A DNA stretch of 64,000 nt, from the NCBI GenBank assembly GCA_964016885.1, contig OZ024743.1, forward strand, positions 208,134,001-208,198,000, in the 5' to 3' direction. The notes beneath the pieces are model-generated. The model made no database searches and was not told where the DNA came from. It worked only from the letters and a program-made list of their open reading frames with translations. This stretch comes from Eledone cirrhosa (taxonomy: Eukaryota). Below are positions 34,101 to 52,100 of this stretch, piece by piece (position 1 is the stretch's first letter; each line of letters opens with the position of its first letter). The position numbers and the translations under genes are program-made.

Positions 34101-37100
34101 GACAATGTCTATATACTGTCAAGACAATGTCTATATACAGTCAAGACAATATCTATATACAGTCAAGACAATGTCTATATACGGTCAAGGCAATGTCTAT
34201 ATACAGACAAGACAATGTCTATATACAATCAAGACAATGTTTATATACAGTCAAGACAATGTCTATATACAGTCAAGACAATGTTTATATACAGTCAAGA
34301 CAATGTCCATATACAGTCAAGACAATGTCTATATACGGTCAAGGCAATGTCTATATACAGTCAAGACAATGTCTATATACAGTCAAGAAAATGTCTATAT
34401 ACAGTCAAGAGAATGTCTATATATGGTCAAGACGATTTCTATATACAGTCAAGACAATGTCTATATACGGTCAAGATAATGTCTATATACAGTCAAGATA
34501 ATGTCTATATACAGTCAAGATAATGTCTATAAACGGTCAAGACAATGTCTATATACGGTCAAGACAATGTCTATATACAGTCAAGAAAATGTCTCTATAC
34601 AGTCAAGACATTGTCTACATACAGTCAAGGCAATGTCTATATACAGTCAAGACAATGTCTATATACAGTAAAGATAATGTCTATATACAGTCAAGATAAT
34701 GTCTATAAACGGTCAAGACAATGTCTATATACAGTCAAGACAATGTCTATATACAGTCAAGACATTGTCTATATACGGTCAAGGCAATGTCTATATACAG
34801 TCAAGACAATGTCTATATACAGTCAAGACAATGTCTATATAAGGTCAAGATAATGTCTATATAAGGTCAAGATAATGTCTATATACGGTCAAGACAATGT
34901 CTATATACAGTCAAGACAATGTCTATATACAGTCAAGAAAATGTCTATATACAGTCAAGAGAATGTCTATATATGGTCAAGACAATGTCTATATACAGTC
35001 AAGACAATGTCTGTATACGGTCAAGACAATGTCTATATACGGTGAAGACAATGTCTATATACAGTCAAGACAATGTCTATATACGGTGAAGGCAATGTCT
35101 ATATACAGTCAAGACAATGTCTATATACAGTCAAGACAATATCTATATACAGTCAAGACAATGTCTATATACGGTCAAGGCAATGTCTATATACAGTCAA
35201 GACAATGTCTATATACAGTCAAGACAATGTCTATATAAGGTCAAGATAATGTCTATATACGGTCAAGACAATGTCTATATACAGTCAAGACAATGTCTAT
35301 ATACAGTCAAGAAAATGTCTATATACAGTCAAGAGAATGTCTATATATGGTCAAGACAATGTCTATATACAGTCAAGACAATGTCTATATACGGTCAAGA
35401 CAATGTCTATATACGGTGAAGACAATGTCTAAATACAGTTAAGACAATGTCTATATACGGTCAAGGCAATGTCTATATACAGTCAAGACGATGTCTATAT
35501 ACAGTCAAGACAATGTCTATAGACAGTCAAGACAATGTCTATATAGTCAAGACAATGTCAATATACAGTCAAGACAATGTCTATATACAGACAAGACAAT
35601 GTCTATATACAGTCAAGACAATGTCTATATACAGTAAAGACAATGTCTATATACAGTCAAGACAATGTCTATATACAGTCAAGGCAATGTCTATGTACAG
35701 TCAAGACAATGTCTATATACAGTCATGACAATGTCTATATACAGACAAGACAATGTCTATATACAGTAAATACAATGTCTATATAGTCAAGACAATGTCT
35801 ATATACAGTCAAGACAATGTCTATATACAGGCAAGACCATGTCTATATACAATCAAGACAATGTTTATATACAGTCAAGACAATGTCTATATACAGTCAA
35901 GAGAATGTCAATATATGGTCAAGACAATTTCTATATACAGTCAAGACAATGTCTATATACGGTCAAGATAATGTCTATATACAGTCAAGATAATGTCTAT
36001 AAACGGTCAAGACAATGTCTATATACGGTCAAGGCAATGTCTATATACAGTCAAGACAATGTCTATATACAGTCAAGAAAATGTCTATATACAGTCGAGA
36101 GAATGTCTATATATGGTCAAGACAATGTCTATAGACAGTCAAGACAATGTCTATATAGTCAAGACAATGTCAATATACAATCAAGACAATGTCTATATAC
36201 AGACAAGACAATGTCTATATACAGTCAAGACAATGTCTATATACAGTCAAGACAATGTCTATATACAGTAAAGACAATGTCTATATACAGTCAAGACAAT
36301 GTCTATATACGGTCAAGGCAATGTCTATATACAGTCAAGACAATGTCTATATACAGTCAAGACAATGTCTATATACAGACAAGACAATGTCTATATACAG
36401 TCAAGACAATGTCTATATAGTCAAGACAATGTCTATATACAGTCAAGACAATGTCTATATACAATTAAGACAATGTTTATATACAGTCAAGACAATGTCT
36501 ATATACAGTCAAGACAAAGTCTATATAAGGTCAAGATAATGTCTATTTACGGTCAAGACAATGTCAATATACAGTCAAGACAATGTCAATATACAGTCAA
36601 GATAATGTCTATATACAGTCAAGAGAATGTCTATATATGGTCAAGACAATGTCTATATACAGTCAAGACAATGTCTATATACGGTCAAGGCAATGTCTAT
36701 ATACAGACAAGACAATGTCTATATACAATCAAGACAATGTTTATATACAGTCAAGACAATGTCTATATACAGTCAAGACAATGTTTATATACAGTCAAGA
36801 CAATGTCCAAATACAGTCAAGACAATGTCTATATACGGTCAAGGCAATGTCTATATACAGTCAAGACAATGTCTATATACAGTCAAGAAAATGTCTATAT
36901 ACAGTCAAGAGAATGTCTATATATGGTCAAGACGATTTCTATATACAGTCAAGACAATGTCTATATACGGTCAAGATAATGTCTATATACAGTCAAGATA
37001 ATGTCTATATACAGTCAAGATAATGTCTATAAACGGTCAAGACAATGTCTATATACGGTCAAGACAATGTCTATATACAGTCAAGAAAATGTCTCTATAC

Positions 37101-40100
37101 AGTCAAGACATTGTCTACATACAGTCAAGGCAATGTCTATATACAGTCAAGACAATGTCTATATACAGTAAAGATAATGTCTATATACAGTCAAGATAAT
37201 GTCTATAAACGGTCAAGACAATGTCTATATACAGTCAAGACAATGTCTATATACAGTCAAGACATTGTCTATATACGGTCAAGGCAATGTCTATATACAG
37301 TCAAGACAATGTCTATATACAGTCAAGACAATGTCTATATAAGGTCAAGATAATGTCTATATAAGGTCAAGATAATGTCTATATACGGTCAAGACAATGT
37401 CTATATACAGTCAAGACAATGTCTATATACAGTCAAGAAAATGTCTATATACAGTCAAGAGAATGTCTATATATGGTCAAGACAATGTCTATATACAGTC
37501 AAGACAATGTCTATATACGGTCAAGACAATGTCTATATACGGTGAAGACAATGTCTATATACAGTCAAGACAATGTCTATATACGGTGAAGGCAATGTCT
37601 ATATACAGTCAAGACAATGTCTATATACAGTCAAGACAATATCTATATACAGTCAAGACAATGTCTATATACGGTCAAGGCAATGTCTATATACAGTCAA
37701 GACAATGTCTATATACAGTCAAGACAATGTCTATATAAGGTCAAGATAATGTCTATATACGGTCAAGACAATGTCTATATACAGTCAAGACAATGTCTAT
37801 ATACAGTCAAGAAAATGTCTATATACAGTCAAGAGAATGTCTATATATGGTCAAGACAATGTCTATATACAGTCAAGACAATGTCTATATACGGTCAAGA
37901 CAATGTCTATATACGGTGAAGACAATGTCTAAATACAGTTAAGACAATGTCTATATACGGTCAAGGCAATGTCTATATACAGTCAAGACGATGTCTATAT
38001 ACAGTCAAGACAATGTCTATAGACAGTCAAGACAATGTCTATATAGTCAAGACAATGTCAATATACAGTCAAGACAATGTCTATATACAGACAAGACAAT
38101 GTCTATATACAGTCAAGACAATGTCTATATACAGTAAAGACAATGTCTATATACAGTCAAGACAATGTCAATATACAGTCAAGGCAATGTCTATGTACAG
38201 TCAAGACAATGTCTATATACAGTCAAGACAATGTCTATATACAGACAAGACAATGTCTATATACAGTAAAGACAATGTCTATATAGTCAAGACAATGTCT
38301 ATATACAGTCAAGACAATGTCTATCTACAGGCAAGACAATGACTATATACAATCAAGACAATGTTTATATACAGTCAAGACAATGTCTATATACAGTCAA
38401 GAGAATGTCAATATATGGTCAAGACAATTTCTATATACAGTCAAGTCAATGTCTATATACGGTCAAGATAATGTCTATATACAGTCAAGATAATGTCTAT
38501 AAACGGTCAAGACAATGTCTATATACGGTCAAGGCAATGTCTATATACAGTCAAGACAATGTCTATATACAGTCAAGAAAATGTCTATATACAGTCAAGA
38601 GAATGTCTATATATGGTCAAGACAATGTCTATAGACATTCAAGACAATGTCTATATAGTCAAGACAATGTCAATATACAATCAAGACAATGTCTATATAC
38701 AGACAAGACAATGTCTATATACAGTCAAGACAATGTCTATATACAGTCAAGACAATGTCTATATACAGTAAAGACAATGTCTATATACAGTCAAGACAAT
38801 GTCTATATACGGTCAAGGCAATGTCTATATACAGTCAAGACAATGTCTATATACAGTCAAGACAATGTCTATATACAGACAAGACAATGTCTATATACAG
38901 TCAAGACAATGTCTATATAGTCAAGACAATGTCTATATACAGTCAAGACAATGTCTATATACAATCAAGACAATGTTTATATACAGTCAAGACAATGTCT
39001 ATATACAGTCAAGACAAAGTCTATATAAGTTCAAGATAATGTCTATATACGGTCAAGACAATGTCAATATACAGTCAAGACAATGTCAATATACAGTCAA
39101 GACAATGTCTATATACAGTCAAGAGAATGTCTATATATGGTCAAGACAATGTCTATATACAGTCAAGACGATGTCTATATACAGTCAAGACAATATCTAT
39201 ATACAGTCAAGACAATGTCTATATACAGTCAAGACAATGTCTATATATGGTCAAGACAATGTCTATATACAGTCAACACAATGTCTATATACGGTCAAGG
39301 CAATGTCTATATACAGTCAAGACAATGTATATATACAGTCAAGACCATGTCTATATACGGTCAAGACAATGTCTATATATGGTCAAGACAATGTCTATAT
39401 ACAGTCAAGACAATGTCTATATACAGTCAAGACAATGTCTATATACTGTCAAGACAATGTCTATATACAGTCAAGACAATATCTATATACAGTGAAGACA
39501 ATGTCTATATACGGTCAAGGCAATGTCTATATACAGACAAGACAATGTCTATATACAATCAAGACAATGTTTATATACAGTCAAGACAATGTCTATATAC
39601 AGTCAAGACAATGTTTATATACAGTCAAGACAATGTCCATATACAGTCAAGACAATGTCTATATACGGTCAAGGCAATGTCTATATACAGTCAAGACAAT
39701 GTCTATATACAGTCAAGAAAATGTCTATATACAGTCAAGAGAATGTCTATATATGGTCAAGACGATTTCTATATACAGTCAAGACAATGTCTATATACGG
39801 TCAAGATAATGTCTATATACAGTCAAGATAATGTCTATATACAGTCAAGATAATGTCTATAAACGGTCAAGACAATGTCTATATACGGTCAAGACAATGT
39901 CTATATACAGTCAAGAAAATGTCTCTATACAGTCAAGACATTGTCTACATACGGTCAAGGCAATGTCTATATACAGTCAAGACAATGTCTATATACAGTA
40001 AAGATAATGTCTATATACAGTCAAGATAATGTCTATAAACGGTCAAGACAATGTCTATATACAGTCAAGACAATGTCTACATACAGTCAAGACATTGTCT

Positions 40101-43100
40101 ATATACGGTCAAGGCAATGTCTATATACAGTCAAGACAATGTCTATATACAGTCAAGACAATGTCTATATAAGGTCAAGAGAATGTCTATATAAGGTCAA
40201 GATAATGTCTATATACGGTCAAGACAATGTCTATATACAGTCAAGACAATGTCTATATCCAGTCAAGAAAATGTCTATATACAGTCAAGAGAATGTCTAT
40301 ATATGGTCAAGACAATGTCTATATACAGTCAAGACAATGTCTATATACGGTCAAGACAATGTCTATATACGGTGAAGACAATGTCTATATACAGTCAAGG
40401 CAATGTCTATATACGGTGAAGGCAATGTCTATATACAGTCAAGACAATGTCTATATACAGTCAAGACAATGTCTATAGACAGTCAAGACAATGTCTATAT
40501 AGTCAAGACAATGTCAATATACAGTCAAGACAATGTCTATATACAGACAAGACAATGTCTATATACAGTCAAGACAATGTCTATATGCAGTAAAGACAAT
40601 GTCTATATACAGTCAAGACAATGTCTATATACGGTCAAGGCAATGTCTATATACAGTCAAGACAATGTCTATATACAGACAAGATATTGTCTATATAAGG
40701 TCAAGATAATGTCTATATACGGTCAAGACAATGTCTATATACAGTCAAGACAATGTCTATATACAGTCAAGAAAATGTCTATATACAGTCAAGAGAATGT
40801 CTATATATGGTCAAGACAATGTCTATATACAGTCAAGACAATGTCTATATACAGTCAAGATAATGTCTATATAAGGTCAAGATAATGTCTATATACGGTC
40901 AAGACAATGTCTATATACAGTCAAGACAATGTCTATATACAGTCAAGACAATGTCTATATACAGTCAAGACAATGTCTATAGACAGTCAAGACAATGTCT
41001 ATATAGTCAAGACAATGTCTATATACAGTCAAGACAATGTCTATATACAGTCAAGACAATGTCTATATACAGACAAGACAATATCTATATACAATCAAGA
41101 CAATGTTTATATACAGTCAAGACAATGTCTATATACAGTCAAAACAATGTCTATATAAAGTCAAGACAATGTCCATATACAGTTAAGACAATGTCTATAT
41201 ACGGTCAAGACAATGTCTATATACAGTCAAGACAATGTCTATATACAGTGAAGAAAATGTCTATATACAGTCAAGAGAATGTCTATATATGGTCAAGACA
41301 ATTTCTATATACAGTCAAGACAATGTCTATATACGGTGAAGATAATGTCTATATACAGTCAAGATAATATCTATATACAGTCAAGATAATGTCTATAAAC
41401 GGTCAAGACAATGTCTATATACGGTCAAGACAATGTCTATATACAGTCAAGACAATGTCTATATACAGTCAAGACATTGTCTATATACTGTCAAAGCAAT
41501 GTCTATATACAGTCAAGACAATGTCTATATACAGTCAAGACAATGTCTATATACAGTTAAGATAATGTCTATATAAGGTCAAGATAATGTCTATATACGG
41601 TCAAGACAATGTCTATATACAGTCAAGACAATGTCTATATACAGTCAAGAAAATGTCTATATACAGTCTAGGGAATGTCTATATATGGTCAAGACAATGT
41701 CTATATACAGTGAAGACAATGTCTATATACGGTCAAGACAATGTCTATATACGGACAAGACAATGTCTATATACAGTCAAGACAATGTCTATATACGGTT
41801 AAGGCAATGTCTATATACAGTCAAGACAATGTCTATATACAGTCAAGACAATGTCTATAGACAGTCAAGACAATGTCTATATAGTCAAGACAATGTCAAT
41901 ATACAATCAAGACAATGTCTATATACAGACAAGACAATGTCTATATACAGTCAAGACAATGTCTATATACAGTAAAGACAATGTCTATATACAGTCAAGA
42001 CAATGTCTATATACGGTCAAGGCAATGTCTATATACAGTCAAGACAATGTCTATATACAGTCAAGACAATGTCTATATACAGACAAGACAATGTCTATAT
42101 ACAGTCAAGACAATGTCTATATAGTCAAGACAATGTCTATATACAGTCAAGACAATGTCTATATACAATCAAGACAATGTTTATATACAGTCAAGACAAT
42201 GTCTATATACAGTCAAGACAATGTCTATATAAGGTCAAGATAATGTCTATATACGGTCAAGACAATGTCAATATACAGTCAAGACAATGTCTATATACAG
42301 TCAAGAGAATGTCTATATATGGTCAAGACAATGTCTATATACAGTCAAGACAATGTCTATATACAGTCAAGACAATATCTATATACAGTCAAGACAATGT
42401 CTATATACAGTCAAGACAATGTCTATATACGGTCAAGTCAATGTCTATATATGGTCAAGACAATGTCTATATACAGTCAACACAATGTCTATATACGGTC
42501 AAGGCAATGTCTATATACAGTCAAGACAATGTATATATACAGTCAAGACCATGTCTATATACGGTCAAGACAATGTCTATATATGGTCAAGACAATGTCT
42601 ATATACAGTCAAGACAATGTCTATATACAGTCAAGACAATGTCTATATACTGTCAAGACAATGTCTATATACAGTCAAGACAATATCTATATACAGTCAA
42701 GACAATGTCTATATACGGTCAAGGCAATGTCTATATACAGACAAGACAATGTCTATATACAATCAAGACAATGTTTATATACAGTCAAGACAATGTCTAT
42801 ATACAGTCAAGACAATGTTTATATACATTCAAGACAATGTCCATATACAGTCAAGACAATGTCTATATACGGTCAAGGCAATGTCTATATACAGTCAAGA
42901 CAATGTCTATATACAGTCAAGAAAATGTCTATATACAGTCAAGAGAATGTCTATATATGGTCAAGACGATTTCTATATACAGTCAAGACAATGTCTATAT
43001 ACGGTCAAGATAATGTCTATATACAGTCAAGATAATGTCTATATACAGTCAAGATAATGTCTATAAACGGTCAAGACAATGTCTATATACGGTCAAGACA

Positions 43101-46100
43101 ATGTCTATATACAGTCAAGAAAATGTCTCTATACAGTCAAGACATTGTCTACATACAGTCAAGGCAATGTCTATATACAGTCAAGACAATGTCTATATAC
43201 AGTAAAGATAATGTCTATATACAGTCAAGATAATGTCTATAAACGGTCAAGACAATGTCTATATACAGTCAAGACAATGTCTATATACAGTCAAGACATT
43301 GTCTATATACGGTCAAGGCAATGTCTATATACAGTCAAGACAATGTCTATATACAGTCAAGACAATGTCTATATAAGGTCAAGATAATGTCTATATAAGG
43401 TCAAGATAATGTCTATATATGGTCAAGACAATGTCTATATACAGTCAAGACAATGTCTATATACAGTCAAGAAAATGTCTATATACAGTCAAGAGAATGT
43501 CTATATATGGTCAAGACAATGTCTATATACAGTCAAGACAATGTCTGTATACGGTCAAGACAATGTCTATATACGGTGAAGACAATGTCTATATACAGTC
43601 AAGACAATGTCTATATACGGTGAAGGCAATGTCTATATACAGTCAAGACAATGTCTATATACAGTCAAGACAATATCTATATACAGTCAAGACAATGTCT
43701 ATATACGGTCAAGGCAATGTCTATATACAGTCAAGACAATGTCTATATACAGTCAAGACAATGTCTATATAAGGTCAAGATAATGTCTATATACGGTCAA
43801 GACAATGTCTATATACAGTCAAGACAATGTCTATATACAGTCAAGAAAATGTCTATATACAGTCAAGAGAATGTCTATATATGGTCAAGACAATGTCTAT
43901 ATACAGTCAAGACAATGTCTATATACGGTCAAGACAATGTCTATATACGGTGAAGACAATGTCTAAATACAGTTAAGACAATGTCTATATACGGTCAAGG
44001 CAATGTCTATATACAGTCAAGACGATGTCTATATACAGTCAAGACAATGTCTATAGACAGTCAAGACAATGTCTATATAGTCAAGACAATGTCAATATAC
44101 AGTCAAGACAATGTCTATATACAGACAAGACAATGTCTATATACAGTCAAGACAATGTCTATATACAGTAAAGACAATGTCTATATACAGTCAAGACAAT
44201 GTCTATATACAGTCAAGGCAATGTCTATGTACAGTCAAGACAATGTCTATATACAGTCAAGACAATGTCTATATACAGACAAGACAATGTCTATATACAG
44301 TAAATACAATGTCTATATAGTCAAGACAATGTCTATATACAGTCAAGACAATGTCTATATACAGGCAAGACCATGTCTATATACAATCAAGACAATGTTT
44401 ATATACAGTCAAGACAATGTCTATATACAGTCAAGAGAATGTCAATATATGGTCAAGACAATTTCTATATACAGTCAAGACAATGTCTATATACGGTCAA
44501 GATAATGTCTATATACAGTCAAGATAATGTCTATAAACGGTCAAGACAATGTCTATATACGGTCAAGGCAATGTCTATATACAGTCAAGACAATGTCTAT
44601 ATACAGTCAAGAAAATGTCTATATACAGTCGAGAGAATGTCTATATATGGTCAAGACAATGTCTATAGACAGTCAAGACAATGTCTATATAGTCAAGACA
44701 ATGTCAATATACAATCAAGACAATGTCTATATACAGACAAGACAATGTCTATATACAGTCAAGACAATGTCTATATACAGTCAAGACAATGTCTATATAC
44801 AGTAAAGACAATGTCTATATACAGTCAAGACAATGTCTATATACGGTCAAGGCAATGTCTATATACAGTCAAGACAATGTCTATATACAGTCAAGACAAT
44901 GTCTATATACAGACAAGACAATGTCTATATACAGTCAAGACAATGTCTATATAGTCAAGACAATGTCTATATACAGTCAAGACAATGTCTATATACAATT
45001 AAGACAATGTTTATATACAGTCAAGACAATGTCTATATACAGTCAAGACAAAGTCTATATAAGGTCAAGATAATGTCTATTTACGGTCAAGACAATGTCA
45101 ATATACAGTCAAGACAATGTCAATATACAGTCAAGACAATGTCTATATACAGTCAAGAGAATGTCTATATATGGTCAAGACAATGTCTATATACAGTCAA
45201 GACAATGTCTATATACAGTCAAGACAATATCTATATACAGTCAAGACAATGTCTATATACAGTCAAGACAATGTCTATATATGGTCAAGACAATGTCTAT
45301 ATACTGTCAACACAATGTCTATATACGGTCAAGGCAATGTCTATATACAGTCAAGACAATGTATATATACAGTCAAGACCATGTCTATATACGGTCAAGA
45401 CAATGTCTATATATGGTCAAGACAATGTCTATATACAGTCAAGACAATGTCTATATACAGTCAAGACAATGTCTATATACTGTCAAGACAATGTCTATAT
45501 ACAGTCAAGACAATATCTATATACAGTCAAGACAATGTCTATATACGGTCAAGGCAATGTCTATATACAGACAAGACAATGTCTATATACAATCAAGACA
45601 ATGTTTATATACAGTCAAGACAATGTCTATATACAGTCAAGACAATGTTTATATACAGTCAAGACAATGTCCATATACAGTCAAGACAATGTCTATATAC
45701 GGTCAAGGCACTGTCTATATACAGTCAAGACAATGTCTATATACAGTCAAGAAAATGTCTATATACAGTCAAGAGAATGTCTATATATGGTCAAGACGAT
45801 TTCTATATACAGTCAAGACAATGTCTATATACGGTCAAGATAATGTCTATATACAGTCAAGATAATGTCTATATACAGTCAAGATAATGTCTATAAACGG
45901 TCAAGACAATGTCTATATACGGTCAAGACAATGTCTATATACAGTCAAGAAAATGTCTCTATACAGTCAAGACATTGTCTACATACGGTCAAGGCAATGT
46001 CTATATACAGTCAAGACAATGTCTATATACAGTAAAGATAATGTCTATATACAGTCAAGATAATGTCTATAAACGGTCAAGACAATGTCTATATACAGTC

Positions 46101-49100
46101 AAGACAATGTCTATATACAGTCAAGACATTGTCTATATACGGTCAAGGCAATGTCTATATACAGTCAAGACAATGTCTATATACAGTCAAGACAATGTCT
46201 ATATAAGGTCAAGAGAATGTCTATATAAGGTCAAGATAATGTCTATATACGGTCAAGACAATGTCTATATCCAGTCAAGAAAATGTCTATATACAGTCAA
46301 GAGAATGTCTATATATGGTCAAGACAATGTCTATATACAGTCAAAACAATGTCTATATACGGTCAAGACAATGTCTATATACGGTGAAGACAATGTCTAT
46401 ATACAGTCAATACAATGTCTATATACGGTGAAGGCAATGTCTATATACAGTCAAGACAATGTCTATATACAGTCAAGACAATGTCTATAGACAGTCAAGA
46501 CAATGTCTATATAGTCAAGACAATGTCAATATACAGTCAAGACAATGTCTATATACAGACAAGACAATGTCTATATACAGTCAAGACAATGTCTATATGC
46601 AGTAAAGACAATGTCTATATACAGTCAAGACAATGTCTATATACGGTCAAGGCAATGTCTATATACAGTCAAGACAATGTCTATATACAGACAAGATATT
46701 GTCTATATAAGGTCAAGATAATGTCTATATACGGTCAAGACAATGTCTATATACAGTCAAGACAATGTCTATATACAGTCAAGAAAATGTCTATATACAG
46801 TCAAGAGAATGTCTATATATGGTCAAGACAATGTCTATATACAGTCAAGACAATGTCTATATACAGTCAAGATAATGTCTATATAAGGTCAAGATAATGT
46901 CTATATACGGTCAAGACAATGTCTATATACAGTCAAGACAATGTCTATATACAGTCAAGACAATGTCTATATACAGTCAAGACAATGTCTATAGACAGTC
47001 AAGACAATGTCTATATAGTCAAGACAATGTCTATATACAGTCAAGACAATGTCTATATACAGTCAAGACAATGTCTATATACAGACAAGACAATGTCTAT
47101 ATACAATCAAGACAATGTTTATATACAGTCAAGACAATGTCTATATACAGTCAAGACAATGTCTATATAAAGTCAAGACAATGTCCATATACAGTTAAGA
47201 CAATGTCTATATACGGTCAAGACAATGTCTATATACAGTCAAGAGAATGTCTATATATGGTCAAGACAATTTCTATATACAGTCAAGACAATGTCTATAT
47301 ACGGTCAAGATAATGTCTATATACAGTCAAGATAATATCTATATAAAGTCAAGATAATGTCTATAAACGGTCAAGACAATGTCTATATACGGTCAAGACA
47401 ATGTCTATATACAGTCAAGACAATGTCTATATACAGTCAAGACATTGTCTATATACTGTCAAAGCAATGTCTATATACAGTCAAGACAATGTCTATATAC
47501 AGTCAAGACCATGTCTATATACAGTTAAGATAATGTCTATATAAGGTCAAGATAATGTCTATATACGGTCAAGACAATGTCTATAGACAGTCAAGACAAT
47601 GTCTATATACAGTCAAGAAAATGTCTATATACAGTCAAGGGAATGTCTATATATGGTCAAGACAATGTCTATATACAGTGAAGACAATGTCTATATACGG
47701 TCAAGACAATGTCTATATACGGACAAGACAATGTCTATATACAGTCAAGACAATATCTATATACGGTCAAGGCAATGTCTATATACAGTCAAGACAATGT
47801 CTATATACAGTCAAGACAATGTTTATATACAGTCAAGACAATGTCTATATACAGTCAAGAAAATGTCTATATACACTCAAGACAATGTCTATATACACTC
47901 AAGACAATGTCTATATACGGTTAAAACAATGTCTATATACGGTCAAGACAATGTCTATATACGGTCAAGACAATGTCTATATACAGTCAAGACAATGTCT
48001 ATATATGGTCAAAACAATGTCTATATACGGTCAAGACAATGTCTATATACAGTCAAGACAATGTCTATATATGGTCAAGACAATGTCTATATACAGTCAA
48101 GACAATGTCTCTATATGGTCGAGACAATGTCTATATATGGTCAAGACAATGTCTATATACAGTCAAGACAATGTCTATATATGGTCAAGACAATGTCTAT
48201 ATATGGTGAAGACAATGTCTATATACAGTCAAGACAATGTCTATATACAGTCAAGACAATATCTATATACAGTCAAGACAATGTCTATATACAGTCAAGA
48301 CAATGTCTATATACAGTCAAGACAATGTCTATATACGGTCAAGACAATGTCTTTATACAGTCAAGAAAATGTCTATATACAGTCAAGAGAATGTCTATAT
48401 ACGGTCAAAGCAATGTCTAGATACAGGCAAGACAATGTCTATATACAGTCAAGACAATGTCTATATACAGTCAAGACAACGTTTATATACAGTTAAGACA
48501 ATGTCCATATAAAGCCAAGACAATGTCTTTATACGGTCAAGACAATGTCTATATACAGTCAAGACAATGTCTATATACAGTCAAGAAAATGTCTATATAC
48601 AGTCAAGAGAATGTCTATATATGGTCAAGACAATTTCTATATACAGTCAAGACAATGTCTATATACGGTCAAGATAATGTCTATATACAGTCAAGATAAT
48701 GTCTATAAACAGTCAAGATAATGTCTATATACGGTCAAGACAATGTCTATATACAGTCAAGAAAATGTCTATATACAGTCAAGACATTGTCTACATACAG
48801 TCAAGACAATGTCTATATACGGTCAAGGCAATGTCTATATACAGTCAAGACAATATCTATATACAGTCAAGAGAATGTCTATATATGGTCAAGACAATGT
48901 CTATATACAGTCAAGACAATGTCTATATACGGTCAAGACAATGTCTATATACAGTCAAGACAAACTCTATATACGGTCAAGGCAATGTCTACATACAGTC
49001 AAGACAATGTCTATATACAGTCAAGACAATGTTTATATACAGTCAAGACAATGTCTATATACAGTCAAGAAAATGTCTATATACAGTCAAGACAATGTTT

Positions 49101-52100
49101 ATATATGGTCAAGACAATGTCTATATACAGTCAAGACAATGTTTATATACAGTCAAGAAAATGTCTATATACAGTCAAGACAATGTTTATATATGGTCAA
49201 GACAATGTCTATATACAGTCAAGACAATGTCTATATACAGTCAAGACAATGTCTATATACGGTCAAAACAATGTCTATATACGGTCAAGGCAATGTCCAT
49301 ATACAGTCAAGACAATGTCTATATACGGTCAAGGCAATGTCTATATACAGTCAAGACAATGTCTATATACAGTCAAGAAAATGTCTATATACAGTCAAGA
49401 GAATGTCTATATATGGTCAAGACGATTTCTATATACAGTCAAGACAATGTCTATATACGGTCAAGGCAATGTCTATATACAGTCAAGACAATGTCTATAT
49501 ACAGTCAAGAAAATGTCTATATACAGTCAAGAGAATGTCTATATATGGTCAAGACGATTTCTATATACAGTCAAGACAATGTCTATATACGGTCAAGATA
49601 ATGTCTATATACAGTCAAGATAATGTCTATATACAGTCAAGATAATGTCTATAAACGGTCAAGACAATGTCTATATACGGTCAAGACAATGTCTATATAC
49701 AGTCAAGAAAATGTCTCTATACAGTCAAGACATTGTCTACATACGGTCAAGGCAATGTCTATATACAGTCAAGACAATGTCTATATACAGTAAAGATAAT
49801 GTCTATATACAGTCAAGATAATGTCTATAAACGGTCAAGACAATGTCTATATACAGTCAAGACAATGTCTATATACAGTCAAGACATTGTCTATATACGG
49901 TCAAGGCAATGTCTATATACAGTCAAGACAATGTCTATATACAGTCAAGACAATGTCTATATAAGGTCAAGAGAATGTCTATATAAGGTCAAGATAATGT
50001 CTATATACGGTCAAGACAATGTCTATATCCAGTCAAGAAAATGTCTATATACAGTCAAGAGAATGTCTATATATGGTCAAGACAATGTCTATATACAGTC
50101 AAAACAATGTCTATATACGGTCAAGACAATGTCTATATACGGTGAAGACAATGTCTATATACAGTCAATACAATGTCTATATACGGTGAAGGCAATGTCT
50201 ATATACAGTCAAGACAATGTCTATATACAGTCAAGACAATGTCTATAGACAGTCAAGACAATGTCTATATAGTCAAGACAATGTCAATATACAGTCAAGA
50301 CAATGTCTATATACAGACAAGACAATGTCTATATACAGTCAAGACAATGTCTATATGCAGTAAAGACAATGTCTATATACAGTCAAGACAATGTCTATAT
50401 ACGGTCAAGGCAATGTCTATATACAGTCAAGACAATGTCTATATACAGACAAGATATTGTCTATATAAGGTCAAGATAATGTCTATATACGGTCAAGACA
50501 ATGTCTATATACAGTCAAGACAATGTCTATATACAGTCAAGAAAATGTCTATATACAGTCAAGAGAATGTCTATATATGGTCAAGACAATGTCTATATAC
50601 AGTCAAGACAATGTCTATATACAGTCAAGATAATGTCTATATAAGGTCAAGATAATGTCTATATACGGTCAAGACAATGTCTATATACAGTCAAGACAAT
50701 GTCTATATACAGTCAAGACAATGTCTATATACAGTCAAGACAATGTCTATAGACAGTCAAGACAATGTCTATATAGTCAAGACAATGTCTATATACAGTC
50801 AAGACAATGTCTATATACAGTCAAGACAATGTCTATATACAGACAAGACAATGTCTATATACAATCAAGACAATGTTTATATACAGTCAAGACAATGTCT
50901 ATATACAGTCAAGACAATGTCTATATAAAGTCAAGACAATGTCCATATACAGTTAAGACAATGTCTATATACGGTCAAAACAATGTCTATATACAGTCAA
51001 GACAATGTCTATATACAGTCAAGAAAATGTCTATATACAGTCAAGAGAATGTCTATATATGGTCAAGACAATTTCTATATACAGTCAAGACAATGTCTAT
51101 ATACGGTCAAGATAATGTCTATATACAGTCAAGATAATATCTATATACAGTCAAGATAATGTCTATAAACGGTCAAGACAATGTCTATATACGGTCAAGA
51201 CAATGTCTATATACAGTCAAGACAATGTCTATATACAGTCAAGACATTGTCTATATACTGTCAAAGCAATGTCTATATACAGTCAAGACAATGTCTATAT
51301 ACAGTCAAGACCATGTCTATATACAGTTAAGATAATGTCTATATAAGGTCAAGATAATGTCTATATACGGTCAAGACAATGTCTATAGACAGTCAAGACA
51401 ATGTCTATATACAGTCAAGAAAATGTCTATATACAGTCAAGGGAATGTCTATATATGGTCAAGACAATGTCTATATACAGTGAAGACAATGTCTATATAC
51501 GGTCAAGACAATGTCTATATACGGACAAGACAATGTCTATATACAGTCAAGACAATATCTATATACGGTCAAGGCAATGTCTATATACAGTCAAGACAAT
51601 GTCTATATACAGTCAAGACAATGTTTATATACAGTCAAGACAATGTCTATATACAGTCAAGAAAATGTCTATATACACTCAAGACAATGTCTATATACAC
51701 TCAAGACAATGTCTATATACGGTTAAAACAATGTCTATATACGGTCAAGACAATGTCTATATACGGTCAAGACAATGTCTATATACAGTCAAGACAATGT
51801 CTATATATGGTCAAAACAATGTCTATATACGGTCAAGACAATGTCTATATACAGTCAAGACAATGTCTTTATATGGTCAAGACAATGTCTATATACAGTC
51901 AAGACAATGACTCTATATGGTCGAGACAATGTCTATATATGGTCAAGACAATGTCTATATACAGTCAAGACAATGTCTATATATGGTCAAGACAATGTCT
52001 ATATATGGTGAAGACAATGTCTATATACAGTCAAGACAATGTCTATATACAGTCAAGACAATATCTATATACAGTCAAGACAATGTCTATATACAGTCAA